DNA of 64,000 bases, taken from assembly GCA_026770705.1 (NCBI GenBank), contig JANJGN010000523.1, positions 248,001-312,000 on the forward strand. The letters are read 5' to 3'. Of the stretch, positions 38,513-51,524 are shown in pieces. The notes beneath the pieces are model-generated. The model had not been told where the DNA came from and did not search any database. It worked only from the letters and a program-made list of their open reading frames with translations. Each line of letters starts with the position of its first letter. The stretch's first letter is position 1. Source of the stretch: Isurus oxyrinchus. Lineage: Eukaryota. The position numbers and the translations under genes were made by a program.

Positions 38513-40543
38513 ACGCTCCCCTTCAGCTTTCCCTAATTCCCTTCATTGGTATTATCATCGAAATAGAACAGGAGCAAAGGAGAAGGGATCGGTCATTGGG
38601 AAACTCGAACCAGCTCCTCCAGTTAATCAGATCATCCTGAACTTTGTAACATACAGAAATCATCTTCACTATTAACTTCATTATTTCAATTTTTCACTAT
38701 TTCAATGTTTCAAATTATGTGTTTTTTTCCTATCGTGACTGTGCGTGTTTGCTCAATGAAATGTTGGTAAAAGGTATGGACTGAGGAAAATGAGGAGATG
38801 ATTGTTCAGAATGGACATTTGTTTTCTGAAAATTCGATTAGAAAACAAATATTTTAAAAATTTGAATAATTGTAAAAGAATTCAGAATCCAACCCTCCAT
38901 CTCAATGTGTCAGGGAATCTTTGTTAACTTTCACACACTGAGCATGGACACGGCAGCAGCTCCTGCACCTCTTTCAATATTGTTTCTCTTAACTCAGAGT
39001 TTTCGAAAGGGAATTGGACAATGACTTGAAAGGGGGAAAAATATCAGAGCTATGGAAAGAGACAAAGAAACTGAGATTAACTCGAAAGCTCTTTGTGGAA
39101 CACTGACATCGATACTATGGGCCTCTTGTAGAGCTGTGCCTTTTGATGATGACATTATTGGATCAGTCTGTCTCCCAGCATTCCCAAAGAGAACAGCCGA
39201 ATTCCATTTCTTCAAAATAAAGACTCAAAGTGTTGCTGCATAACGTCACCATTTAACATTTTAGTGAGGCCCATTGAGCTTTTCTCCTGTCCCCTGTTTC
39301 TGCAGGGCAGTGGTTGTCATGTTTATCTAATATGTGAAGAGTTTCCTCGTGCGAAACTGGCCAGAACCATTATCATGACTTGCAGATTGCAGTTTGCTGA
39401 AGATAGCAGGATGTGGTCATGTGTCCTGGTCACTGTTTATCCTTCAACCAAGATTATAAGCTCTGTGCATTGTCAAGTCCCTGGCTTTGGGTGTTTGTCA
39501 AGCAGTGATTGGCTGCCTTGTTCCCTGCATGAAAACAATGACTCTGCTTCAGAAAGTACTTCAATAAAACCAAAATACTGGAAATCTGAAATAAAACCAT
39601 TAAATGCAGGTCGAACTCAACTGGTCTGACAGCGTCTGTGGAAAGCAAAACCTGCTCAGTTTCTCCAGCATTTTCTGTTTTTATTTCAAAAAGTGCTTAA
39701 TTGGCTTGAAAGTGGTTTCAGACAACCGCTGGTCAGGAAAAGCCCTGTATAAAGGCAAGACTGTCTTTCCTTAACTATCTTTAAATCCCAATCCTGTGGT
39801 TACTGACCCCCGTCAATGGAAACAGTTCCTCCCTACCTGCACCATCCAGCCACCTGTCCCCACTGCCCCCACCCACCTCATTTTGAACAGCTCCATGAAA
39901 TCTCCACTTAAACTTGTTTGCTCTAAAGAGGAGACTTCCGGTCTCTATTATCTCCACAAAACTGAATTTCTTCATCTCTGGATATGATGCAAGGCAGAAG
40001 ATTGAGATGAGATTTTGGAAAATATTGTCAGTTGGCAGGTGGGAAAATGGAGAAGGAACCAAAACAGAAAACCCATTCTGCAGCTTTGTGAATCTTCAGA
40101 AAGACTTTGGGAACCGGAATCAGAGGAGAATGAAGGGTGAACTGCCCAACTGACCAGAGACAGTCAATGCACCTTTACCTTCTTTAAGACGCTGGAACAT
40201 TGACTCTGATATTATCAGTGAAATTAACTGATCTGAGACATTGAAATGATTCTCTTTACTGCACATTAGGAATTCAAACCTAATTTCAGCTTCAGAACAA
40301 TCAGAATACTTGGTAACAGCCAAGGTGCTGAAAGGTTCGAAGAGAGATGGCACCGGTTGTAGGAGAGCTGGTTCCCGGTGACAGGGATATGTCTGCAGTG
40401 GGTGGAATCAGACTGTTTCCATGTATCCACAATGAATGTCCCACCCTTTATTTTGGAAGAGTAAAAATGATAGAGACAATTGTCATTCTGGTAGCAGCAA
40501 TCTGATGGTTTAACTCGCTGACACCCTGTTAAAGTTTTCATCT

Positions 40544-40612
40544 GTTTCTGTGGCACCACTAGTCAGCATACTCAGCTGTTGACTGAAAGCTCAGTGGTTC
40601 GAGACCACTCAC
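40544..40612 (+). pseudogene. tRNA-Asn(GTT) relic
   Basis: gtttctgtggcac...gctgttgactgaaag...gtggttcgagaccac; lies in an inverted duplicate of the 29343-29960 module. Confidence 0.6.
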
Positions 40613-41214
40613 CTGCTGACAGCAGAAAGTGCAGATTGCAGCTTCCATTAGCGGGTTATTGCCCATCACTGGGACGCAAGATACTCCAACCCTGCCCCAA
40701 TACACCGAGCACAGGCTCAGGAAAATGCAGGTAGGTTATATACCAGTCACTAAACCTCTGAGCAGCATTTACAGAATGCCCAAGTCAATGAGTCACAAAT
40801 AAAAGTCACGCAAACTTTCTAAATCGTTTCACTCTAAAATTCCTTCATTTCATTGAAAAGTTAACTGTTGTGAATCTGAAAATGTGCACCATGGGATTTG
40901 TATTAGCGAGTGACATTTTTCCATTGTTTGTCCGTCAGGTTTGTCATTCAAATTGTGTTGGATATTGAAGCGATTCTGATGTCAAAATGAGGTCACAAAG
41001 CAGCTAAACATTAAATCCAGAAACAAATGCTGAGGAAAATGGATCACAATGTTTGGAAGGAGGTGCAGCTGAGAAGTGGAAGCTGTGAATGGTGTTATTG
41101 ATGGATGAATGAAAAGCATTGGATCCTTGGTCAGTCACTGTAGCCGAGTGGTTAAATGGATGGTTCTAATTTCCATTGGAGTCTCCGCAGGTAAATTCAA
41201 ACCTTACTGAATGT

Positions 41215-41875
41215 TCTTCTTATTATTGCTGATTTCAACCAGGTGTCCACAGAACTCCCGGATCAATGGAAGAAGAAACATCCAAAAATTCTCCTGATTT
41301 TTGGACTCTAAGGGAATGAAGGGGGATCGGGATCGGGTGGGAATTTGGTGTTGAGGCGGGAGATTCGCCATGATCTTATTAAGTGATGGAGGAGGCTTGT
41401 AGGGCCTTATGAAGTATCTCTGCTGCTTTGCTCCAGTTCTATTTGAGTAGCAATACCAGCCAAGGTGATGGGCACTAATAGCCTGAGTTTGGTAGATTGG
41501 CTATAGATGGTTGAAGGTGTCACTCTTCATTGAGTGGTGAAAACGATGCTTTTAAAATCCTTTGGGGTTTCCCCAGGAAAGTTCCAATCTTACCGACTGT
41601 GCTTCTTATTATTGCTGATTTCACCCTGGTATCCACAGAACTCTCGGATTGATGGAAGAAAAAACATCCAAAAATTCTCCTGATTTTTGGACTCTAAGGG
41701 AATGAAGGGTGATTGGGTTTGGGTGAGAAATTGGTGTTAAGGTTGGGGATCCGCCATGATCTTATTAAGTGACGGAGGAGGCTTGTGGTGCCTTATGACG
41801 TATTGTTGCTGCTTTGATTCTGTTCTGTCTCAGTAGCAACAACAGACAATGCAATGGGCAATAGCATCCTGAGCT
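41215..41875 (+). repeat. Direct duplication (about 290-bp shared segment, about 386-bp spacing) containing a CR1-type tail
   Basis: cttcttattattgctgatttca...ggaagaa.aaacatccaaaaattctcctgattttt.ggactctaagggaatgaaggg occurs at about 41215 and 41603. Confidence 0.85.
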
Positions 41876-42744
41876 CAGTAATTCAGCTGAGTTATTGTAG
41901 GTGCTGGTTTAAGGTCTCATTCTTTAATGAGGTGCGGTTTGTAATCCCACTGCTGCTAAAATTGTGCTCTTGGTCGAAAAGCTGCCAGCTCAAAGTTAAA
42001 GCAGGTGTGTGCGGTGTTTCACTTTAACAGTAACACTGAGGAGAGACAATAAAAATATAAATGGCTGCGGAAAAAAGGCTGGATTGCTCAATTCCTCTTC
42101 CATAAGCTGGCACGGACACGATGGGCTGAATGTCGTCCTTCTCGGCTGTGGCCGCCTACAACTTTATACCAACAAAATTACCCTGTGCATAGGGGCAGTC
42201 AGCATAGCTGAGTGTTTTAGGCGATGGAGTCCAAATCCATAGGAGTTTCCTGCTTCTCATTATTCCTGGTTTTATTCTGTGTCCACAGAGTTGATTATCG
42301 GCTACATTGAATAAAATCCATCAAAACAAGCGGACATTTTCCTATTTCTGTTCATTCACGAAACCTGCAGTGGAAATGGAGAGAAACCTGGTGTCAGGCT
42401 TGCTTTCTGGGAGTTTTGTCTCTCCTTAGAGACAAACCCTTGCCCTCTGTCACTCCCGATGTATATCCCTGTGTGTGTTCCTCTGTGTGTGTCAATGTGA
42501 TTCAGTTTCCCGAGCAGGTGAACACATTTTTACCATCACAAACTTTATTCACATAAGTTGTGCAGCTAAGAAGTGGAAGGTGTGAATGATGTTATTGATG
42601 ATTGAAAGGAATGCATTGCAACCGTGGGGCTTGTGTAGTTCGTTTAAGTTCTACACTATGAAATTCAGAACAAGCTGAGGTTCCAAGTGGAAAACAACAG
42701 TTGTCTCCATGAATGTTGGGATATGGGATACATATGTTATGTGT

Positions 42745-42813
42745 GCCCGGCTAGTTCAACTGGTAGATCAAAGGCTCTTAATCTCAGGTCATGGGCTCGC
42801 CGCACGTTTAGTG
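42745..42813 (+). pseudogene. tRNA-Lys(CTT) pseudogene
   Basis: gcccggctagttcaactggtaga...ctcttaatctcagg.tcatggg.tcg..cacgtt. Confidence 0.7.
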
Positions 42814-43596
42814 CAGCTTCTTTCAAACAAATAACAACCAACCTCTGTTCCTTTGAAACTGGCACATGACGGATATTCATCACTGATTCAAAGCACTTCC
42901 ATGTCACATCTCTTTCTGTCTCACCTCCAGCTCTCTCCGCCCTTCCAGGAGTTGTTTGACCACACACAGTCGGTTAGTGCAAACGTAATACACAACGTGA
43001 TGGGTTTAGAGATAACAGGCTAAAGAGACACCAGGATCTTCCTGATTCTCCCAGGTACTGATTACAGGAATGTGCACATTCCACAGTCACACTCCCCTTC
43101 CAGTCTTGTCTACTTGTTCAGCTTTGAAATTTCTCGTATTTTTGCACTGGATTTCAATGTGCAGACAGCAGAGCTGTGATAAGCTTATATTGTTCAGCAC
43201 ATGTACTGCAAGAAGGTACATAACAGGCTGATGGTAACAGTGTTGTTTGGTCACGGTGAGCTCCATTGAAGGATTGGCACCATTAATGTGTCGTTCAATT
43301 CGTCTTGTGATTGGTTGATCCATCAAGAGTAATATTTTTGTCAATGCAAACTGTAGGCACCAGAATTTGCCCTTCTCCCACTCATATTTTGCCTGGCACC
43401 ACCATCCCTCTGGCCAATGCTTTGCAACCAGCCCTTCTTTTACTCCGCTTCTGTCTTTGTTCACGGCCTGTTCTAAGTGTCACATATCCAGCTCTGAGGC
43501 GAAACTTCAACTGATTCTGGTGGAGCTGCTAAATATTTTCAATCAATGAGTAATGAACACTCATTTTGACAATTTCACATAATCAATAAACCAACA

Positions 43597-43668
43597 TCCC
43601 CTGACCAGGAATCGAACCCGGGTCACAGCAATCAAAGCACCAAAGCCTGAACACTCGACCACCAGTGA
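43597..43668 (-). pseudogene. tRNA-Glu-derived pseudogene
   Basis: Plus strand ccctgaccaggaatcgaacccggg...gaccaccag; anticodon arm mutated. Confidence 0.7.
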
Positions 43669-44609
43669 AACTAGCAGACCCGCTTTCAGTTTGGTTTATT
43701 GATGCTGCTTTTATCCATGTTTCCATTTTAAATGGAATGAATTCTTCAGTCAATTACAGCAACAGTTGTTGTGAGCTGGAACATGAAATTGACAGTGAGG
43801 TGAAATATCCCCACAAGCTGCTCATGTGTAACTGTCAATTTCCTAAACCCACCACCCTCAGCACTGCGGCTGTTGTGAAACTGACAAGGGGACACATGGC
43901 AGACATTCATCACTGAAAGTAACTGACACACTTCTAAACACTTTCATGTCGCATCTGTTTCTGCTTCTGTCCCTGCCTCGCCTCCAGCTCCCTCTGCCCG
44001 TCCAGCTACCAGGTCAATTAACTGCTTGATGCAGACACAGTCAGTTCATGAACCCAAGCTTCCCCTAGAAAGCAGGGACAGAGAATGTGGGACCCAAGGA
44101 TTTTAGAAAGAAGGGGTTTGCAGATGACATGGTAAAGATAATCTGGGATCTCATCTTCCTGATTCTCCCAGACACTGATGACAGGAATGTGCAGAATGCC
44201 GATTACCCACAGTCGCAGACTCCTTCCAGTCTTGTGCACATAGTTGAGCTTTGAACCCACTCGCAAAAGTGGATTATAAAATGGCAGAATGACTGTGAAA
44301 GAAGTGGTGTTGGGAAATATCAAATTACAGAAAGTTACAGCAAAGAAAGAGGCCATTCGGTCCTGTGTGCTCCTTTCAAAGAACTCCAAAGAAGAGTCAC
44401 ATGGTATTGAAACATTAACTATATTTCTCTCTCCAGAAATATTGCCAGACATGCTGAATTTTTCCAGCATTTTCTGTTTTTCACTTCAGATTTCCCGCAC
44501 CCACAGTATTTTGCTTTAACTCTGGATTTCTAGGCCAGTGACAATATCAATACGCCACCTCCTGAATGCTCTGATTTGATATGAACATGCTTTCCCGAAA
44601 GAGGGACTG

Positions 44610-44686
44610 TTAGTCGCGGACGAGTGTTGAGGGCGATGGTGCTGGCATCCATCAGAGTTTCCCCAATGTTATTTTGCTGACTGCGG
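44610..44686 (+). pseudogene. tRNA-Ser relic (further Ser/Leu relics at about 41135-41212, 41876-41958, 42194-42250 and 49106-49187)
   Basis: tagtcgcggacgagtgttgagggcgatgg...atccat...gtttcccc...tgctgactgcg. Confidence 0.55.
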
Positions 44687-45396
44687 TTCTCATTATTCCC
44701 GATTTTGACCAACAGAATTAGTTATCGGGTAAATAGAATCAAACAAAAACTCCCGCGCTTTCTTATTTCCATTCATCTGCAAGGATTTGCGAAATCTGCA
44801 GATGGAAATGGAGCAAAACTGAGCGAGTTTGGTGATATTCTTTCTTTCTGGGTGTTTGTCTCTCCTTAGCCCTCTGTCCCTCTCGATGTACATGTCTGTG
44901 TGTGTTCCGCTGTGTATGTCAATGTGCTTCAGTTCCTCATTTTTAGCAATCCCCACTTTATTCACCTTAGTTGTGTGACTTCATTTTAAAATCGTACAGA
45001 GAGAATAAAAACCGGTTTAGGAGGAATTTTCTTCCTGTATTTCAGAGTGGAGACTGTTCAGTTACTAAGTGTCCGTATGTTACAAAGCGGAGGGCGATTG
45101 AAATTTTCACTGAGCAACATTTAAACAGACACCGAGTCCTTGTGGTGGATTAGTTAAGGCAATGGACACATCGAGAGAATTAATTTGTAAATACAAATAG
45201 TCCAAACTGAAATCTCTCGGACATTAGGAACTGTATTTCTTCTCGAAGCTGTTGCACGTGTGACATTTGCAACTCTGATGTGAAATTTCAACTCTCACTC
45301 CACTGATTCGAGCGGAGCTGTTGTGCGTTTTCCGTTTTCAATCAATAAGTAAATCAGGCCTGTTTTAACAGTTTGTACCAGATCAATAAACCTTCA

Positions 45397-45468
45397 TTGC
45401 CTGGCCGGGAATCGAGCCTGGGCCACGGCGGTGAAAGGGCCGAATCCTCACTTCTAAATCACGAGGAC
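45397..45468 (-). pseudogene. tRNA-Glu(TTC) pseudogene (further Glu fragments at about 30858-30908, 31770-31800 and 47360-47410)
   Basis: Plus strand cctggccgggaatcgagcctgggccacggcggtgaaagggccgaatcct; 5' end decayed. Confidence 0.75.
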
Positions 45469-46060
45469 AGCTGTCTATAACTCTTGCAACGTGCTTTATC
45501 TAGGCCACATTTGCCCTTTTTCAGACACTTTCACCAAACGTGTTTTTAAGGGGTAGCTGCAGTGAAGGATTGGCACCAATACAGTGTCGTTCAACTTGTC
45601 TGGTTCCAAATCCTGCTCAGGAATTTAAGAAAAACTCTGAGTTTGCTCAATGTCTTGACTTAAAAAGCGAGAATGTAAGAAAGTACATTCCCCCAAGCGT
45701 TAATAAAATGTCGGAATGACCGGGAAATTATGCTGGGAAACATAAATTATAGACAGTTCCAGCAAAGAAAGAGGCCATTCGGCCTGGAGCGCTGCTTTCA
45801 AAGAGCAGTTGTGCTTGATTGGTCAGGAGTGATATTTGTGTCAGTGTACACATGCGGCAGTAACATCTCTCACATCAGCGCGGCCGACATTCATCACTGG
45901 AAGCAACTGACACACGTCAATTTCTGCCGCTTTCATGTCGCATCTCGATCTTCCTGTTGTACCTTTCAGACATTTCCAGGTCCATCAAATATAATCCATG
46001 CAGAACGTTGTCCTGTTCCTCGTTCCACTAGAGACTTACTGTGAGGAGGTAATAGTAAGT

Positions 46061-46134
46061 GGTTCCATACCTCAGTGGTTTAGAGCACTGGTCTTGTAAA
46101 CCAGGGGTCGTGAGTTCAATTCTCACTGGGGCCT
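46061..46134 (+). tRNA. tRNA-Thr(TGT), near-intact
   Basis: GGTTCCATACCTCAGTGGTTTAGAGCACTGGTCTTGTAAACCAGGGGTCGTGAGTTCAATTCTCACTGGGGCCT, with a TTTTT terminator about 10 bp downstream; G10>C in the D stem. Confidence 0.85.
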
Positions 46135-46359
46135 AGGGCATAATTTTTATGCAATTTGGTAGCAACCTTTCAGGAGAGCACTTAAAAAAAAGCTGGAAAT
46201 CCAAAACAACAATAAAAATACCTGGAAAAACTCAGCAGGTCAGACAGCATCTGCGGAGAGGAACACAGTTAACGTTTCGATCCCGTATGGCTCTTCAACA
46301 GAACCTGTTGTTTCACAGTGTTTACAACACTGTATAAAGATATCGGAAGATCATGTCAG

Positions 46360-47190
46360 TGGGCAACAAGATGGCAGATGGAATATAATGTAGGCAGGTG
46401 CGATTATGTTCACTTGGTTATAAAAATGAGAACAACAGAATGCTTTTAAAATGTGAGAAATTTGTAAGTGCTGATGTTCAAAGAAACTTGGGTGTGCTTG
46501 TACAAGCAAAGTAGAAAGTTAGCATGCAGGATCAGCAAGCCATTAGGAAGGCCAATGGCACTTCGGCCTTTATTACAAGGGGATTGGAGAGCAGGAATAA
46601 AGAAGTCTTGCTACAGGGTTTTGGTGAGACGGCATCTAGAATCCCGTGTGCTGTTTTCATCTCCACATTTATAAAAGAATCGACTTGCATTGGAGACGGT
46701 GCAGGGAAAGCTCATTAAATTAGTCCCTGGAATAAGCTGGTTGTCCTAAAATGAAAGGCTGAATGAATTGGGCTTTTATTCTCTGGAGTTTAGAAGAATG
46801 AAAGACAACCTCATTGAAACCTGTAAAATTCTGAGAGGGCTTGATAGGGTGGACACAGGGATTGTTTCCACTCGTCAGGGAGTCTAAAACACTGGGGCAC
46901 AGTCTCAGGGTAAAGGGTCGATAATTTAGGGCTGAGATGAGGAGAAATTACTTCATCCAAAGGGTTGTGAATCTTTGAATTCTCCACCCAGAGGCTTGTG
47001 GATGTTCCATCATTGAATACATTTAAGGTCGGGATGGACAGATGTTTGATCTCTCGGGGATCTAAGGGATATGGGGAACGGGCAGGATAATGGAGTTGAA
47101 GCCCGAGATCAGACATGATCGAATGGACTGATGGAACAAGCTCGATGGGCCGTGTGATCTACTCTTGCTCCCATTTCTTGTGTTCATGTG
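46360..47190 (+). mobile_element. CR1-type LINE 3' fragment
   Basis: QQAIRKANG..AFITRGLE motif, gaaattacttcatccaaagggttgtgaatct and a CR1 tail. Confidence 0.88.
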
Positions 47191-47599
47191 TATGATAAAG
47201 ACAGTAATTCATGTTGTAATAAAAAAAAGTGTTGGAAGTTCTCAGCAGGTCTGAAAGTAAATATGAATGGAGAAACGGAGTGAAGCTTTCGAGTCTAAGT
47301 TGACACTTTTTCAAACCATAAATTGGCTGCTAGTTACGATATTTTGCACAACATCAAGACACAGAATTGAACCCAGGCGGTGAAAGCACCAAGGCCAAAC
47401 CACTAGAGTGTTAGCTTCCAACAGCGGGTTTAATGGTTTAAGACAACCCAGGGTCAAGTAGACTCCCTCTCTTCCTGCTTCTACTTATATTACCGACATA
47501 ATTCTGCTTTATGTCCTTTGGCTACAAGGAAATATTGTCCAAACTTTGCCAGCACTGCTATTATTTGGTAAGTTCTCACACAAATATTGCGTGTCTCCA

Positions 47600-48147
47600 A
47601 ATATTGCATGCAGTTCTGGAATCCGCATCATAGGAAGGGTGTGATTGCACTGGAGAGAGTGCAGAGGAGATTTATCAAGATGTTGCCTGGGCTGGAGAGT
47701 TTTAGTTATGAGGAGAGATTAGATAGGCTGGGGTTATTTTCTTTGGAGCAGAGGAGATTGAGCGGGGACATGATTGAGGTATATAGGATTATGAGGGACA
47801 TAGATAGAGTAGACAGGAAGGAACATCTCCTCTTGGTGGAGGGATCAATAACCAGGGGGCATAGATTTAAGATAAGGGAAAGGAGATTTAGAGGGGATGT
47901 GAGGAAGAATTTTTTCACCCAGAGGGTGGTGGGAATCTGGAACTCACTGCCTGAAAGGGTGGTAGAGGCAGAAACCCTCATAACATTCATGAAGTATTTG
48001 AATGTGCACTTGCAATGCCATGGCATACAAGGCTATGGGCCTAGTGCCAGGAAATGGGAAAAAACAGTTAGGTACTTGTTTGATGGCGCAGATTCGGTGG
48101 GGCCGTAGGGCCTGTTTCTGTGCTGTAGACCTCTATGATTCTATGAC
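47600..48147 (+). mobile_element. CR1-type LINE 3' fragment (ORF 47587..48108)
   Basis: YCMQFWNPH...LERVQRRF...YEERLDRLGLFSLEQRRL...NFFTQRVVGIWNSLP; tail CTCTATGATTCTATGA. Confidence 0.93.
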
Positions 48148-48809
48148 TAAATAGATTTATGAATATTCATTTCGAATAACGCGAGAAACTGAAAAAAAAT
48201 TGTGCATAACATCCAACCAATCAGAAAGATTGGGTTCAAAGCAACGAATAGAAATTGACTGTCAAACTGCAAATAGAGAACAGGAACACACCATCACGAA
48301 TGAATCCATTGTCTGTTAAAATGTTGCTCAGTGAAAATTTCAATCACCCTCCGCTGTGTAACATACAGGCACTGAGTCAATAAGCAGTCTCCACTCAAAT
48401 CAACACCAAGGGTCAATCTCCTCTTGCAACTTTTTAACCTGTTGTTATTCTCTGTACCATTTACCATGAAGATATAATCCGAAAGTGAATAAGGTTTGTG
48501 ATTGTAAAAAATGTGTTCACCCCTCGGGGAACTGAACCACACTGACACACACAGAAATATACAACGTGAGTGGTAGCGAGCAAGGGTTTATCTCTAAGGT
48601 GAGAAAAACTCTCAGATCGCAAGTATGGCACAAATTAGTTCCGTTTTGTATCATTTCTGACTGCAAATTTCGTGAATGCTAATGGATCAACAGAAATGAA
48701 GCAACACGGAAGTGAAGCAGGAAAACCGCATGGGAGTGTTTGGAAGCTGCTGACTCCATTTAACCAATAGTTAATTCTGGAGGCAGCAAAACGAAAGAAC
48801 AGCGAGAAG

Positions 48810-48891
48810 CACAGTCAGCAGGACTCTAACCCACGTGGGGAGGCCCCAGTGGATTTTAAACCCATCCCTTTAACCACTCAGTCACGGCTGC
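48810..48891 (-). pseudogene. tRNA-Ser pseudogene
   Basis: Plus strand cagtcagcagga...ccccagtggatttt..cccatcc.ttaaccactcagtcacggctgc is colinear with the Ser gene at 23511. Confidence 0.65.
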
Positions 48892-50489
48892 AAGCCTTAT
48901 TCTAGCGCCATTGTTGTTCCTGTAAAATCCTGGAATGGTTACAGCAGAGAATGAGGGCATTCATCCCCACCTATTCCCAGTCACCCTGCAATTCCTATAG
49001 CCTCCCCTGTTCTACCTACCAAGAAGAACTACATCATGTGTCAAATCCCCCGAGCCTATTCTAAGGGATTTGATGAAACGTCTGGAAGACAAACCAACTG
49101 AACTTTGGCAATGGTGGGATTAAAATCGAAAACTTAATAGGAACTGCTTCTTAAATCCAGAGCCTGAGACCATTTGCATACGCTACTGCTGGCAATATGA
49201 AAATAACCATTGCCTTGATAGGTAACGGTACTGAATTAGAACATAACAAATAGCAACAGGAATAGACCATTTTGTCTTTCGAGCCCCTCACAGTACCATC
49301 AAATCAGACCCAAAAACAACATATAGAGACCATTCAGCCGGGTCAGAGGAACATAGCCCATTCAGCCCTTTGACCCTGTTCCACCACTCAATAAGATCAA
49401 GGCTGATCTGATTGTGGTCTCAACTCCACTTTCCTGTCTGTCTGTCTGTCCCCCCACCCAACGCCCTCACAACCCCCCATAACCCTTGACTCCCTTGACC
49501 ATCAAAAATCTGTCTAAATCAGCCTTGAATAAATTCAGTGACCCAGCCTCCACTACTTTCCTCAGGCTAACGACCCTCTGAAAAAAAAAATCTTCTCATC
49601 CTCGTCTTACTCTTCTGGAACTAACTCACCAGGTCCCTCTCCCCCGCCTTTTCCCTGGACATGCTGCAGCTTTTAGTCCAATTCCCCTTTGAATTCCATG
49701 ACTGAATCTGCCATCCCCACACTCTCTATCTAACCCAGCCGCCAGATCCATCCCTCCCAGGTCGCCATGTGGAAATGCATGGTGACCCTGCACTAAAGAA
49801 CAGGTCCCAGACATACTCAGCTACTTAACATAAGAACAACATGAAGTGATTATTGTGGAAAATTGAATGAGACAACATTTTAAATCATCAAGACATTGAC
49901 ACACACTCCTTAGATAAACTGACTTTCAAACTATCAGGGTAGAATTAAACAAGCTGGTACCTTTCAGAAGGAGTAAAATTAAAGTGATGAGGGGAATAGA
50001 ATCTGGATTTAGAAAATATCCACAAGGTGGATGCAGGTGAACAGAGAGTTGGAGAATCTTTAAAGTTCATGCATGAACTTTTGTTTGACCCAGATGTATT
50101 TACAACATGCCAATAATTTAGAATTGTGAGAGATGATCGGAAGGTGGCAGCTCAAGGGTTTGTGTTGCTGATTCTGATAATTCTAGTAGCTTTAGTATGT
50201 TATCCACGGTTTGCCATCAAAAAATTAGGAAAACAAGCTGGTAGCTTAGAAGTAGTGAGCTTAGCCAAAAATCAGTTGTGAGAAGTCAATAAGAATATTC
50301 CCTTCTCAAGGTGGGGCGATCTGTAAGAAATCACTACCTAATAACATTATAAAATCTTCAGAAATGTATTGAATATTATAGGAATGGCTCTTCCTCCCCC
50401 TCTCTCTCTCTCAGTTAGGAACAAAGATTCCTGGCTTGACAAACATAGGGCAACACATCCCAATGTTACCTCATAGGGATGGGCTCAGG

Positions 50490-51110
50490 AGTTAAGAAAT
50501 TGAACTTGTACTGGTGAGTGAAGACAATGGTTTTGATTTTCTCAGTTCTTAAAAGGAGCAAGTTTCTACTCATCCAGCACTTGATGTGGAATAAGCAGCT
50601 TGATAATTTAGGAACAGTGGAGGAATGGAGAGGGATAGTGCTGAGGTTGAGCTGAGCATTGTCAGTTTCCATGTGAAAATTAATACAGTGCTTTTGGATG
50701 ATGTCGCCTAGTGGTAGCATGTCGATAAGAAATAGGAGGGATCAAGTATAGATCCTGTTTTTAGGATGGATGATGACAGTGGATTTAAAGGTGTGAGGAA
50801 CAGTACTAGAAGAGAGAAAAAAAATGAACAATATCAACCAACATGCCGAAGTTGAATGGTCAACAGTTCAGTGGAAATAGGCTGACTGGAGCAGAAGGCA
50901 AGTCTCATGGGCAAGATGAGCACAGGGAGGCTGTGAAGGGAAATAGGAAACTGGAGAAAGATCTGAGTTCAGAGCACAGACATGGGGGATCTTTAGAGAC
51001 AGTTGACATGGCGGGCTAGTGGAAGGGAGCAAAGCAGCTGATCGGATTGACTTAATCTTAGTGACAAAGAAGCTCCATGAGTTCCTTATGCTTGCTGTTG
51101 GACATGAGAA
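50490..51110 (-). mobile_element. L2/CR1-clade LINE fragment; paralogous copy at about 58040-59050 and another fragment at about 53735-54420
   Basis: Minus ORFs MLPLGDII.KH.INFHM..D.AQL.LS...LS.CL..IK.WMSRNLL.L..EK and RIYFKIL-like 3' ORF2 sequence, typical of L2 RT. Confidence 0.75.
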
Positions 51111-51524
51111 CAGAACAGACAAGGGAGAGGGTGAGCATTTTAAAAGGAACTAACTTCTGTAGAGAAATGAACAAGAGTCGACACACATTGTGTTTTGCAC
51201 AAAGCTGATTTATTTGACTTTTATCCAATATTTTAACCCCTATAACTGAGATGGAGTTTATTAACATCAGCAGAAACAGACCATTGAACATGGTTCAGTC
51301 CAAAATGTGATTAACAGCAAAATCCAATCACTGCAGTTACTTGTCAACTTGAGTTAATGTTTTGAGTCCATGTAACTTTTCTGAAGACGAGTCCATACAG
51401 ACTCGAAACGTTTAACTTTGTTTCCCTGTTCACAGCTGCTGCCAGACCTGTTGAATCTTTCCACGTTTTGTTTTTACTTGAGATTTCCAGCATCTGCAGC
51501 ATTTTGCCTTTATATTTGTGAACT

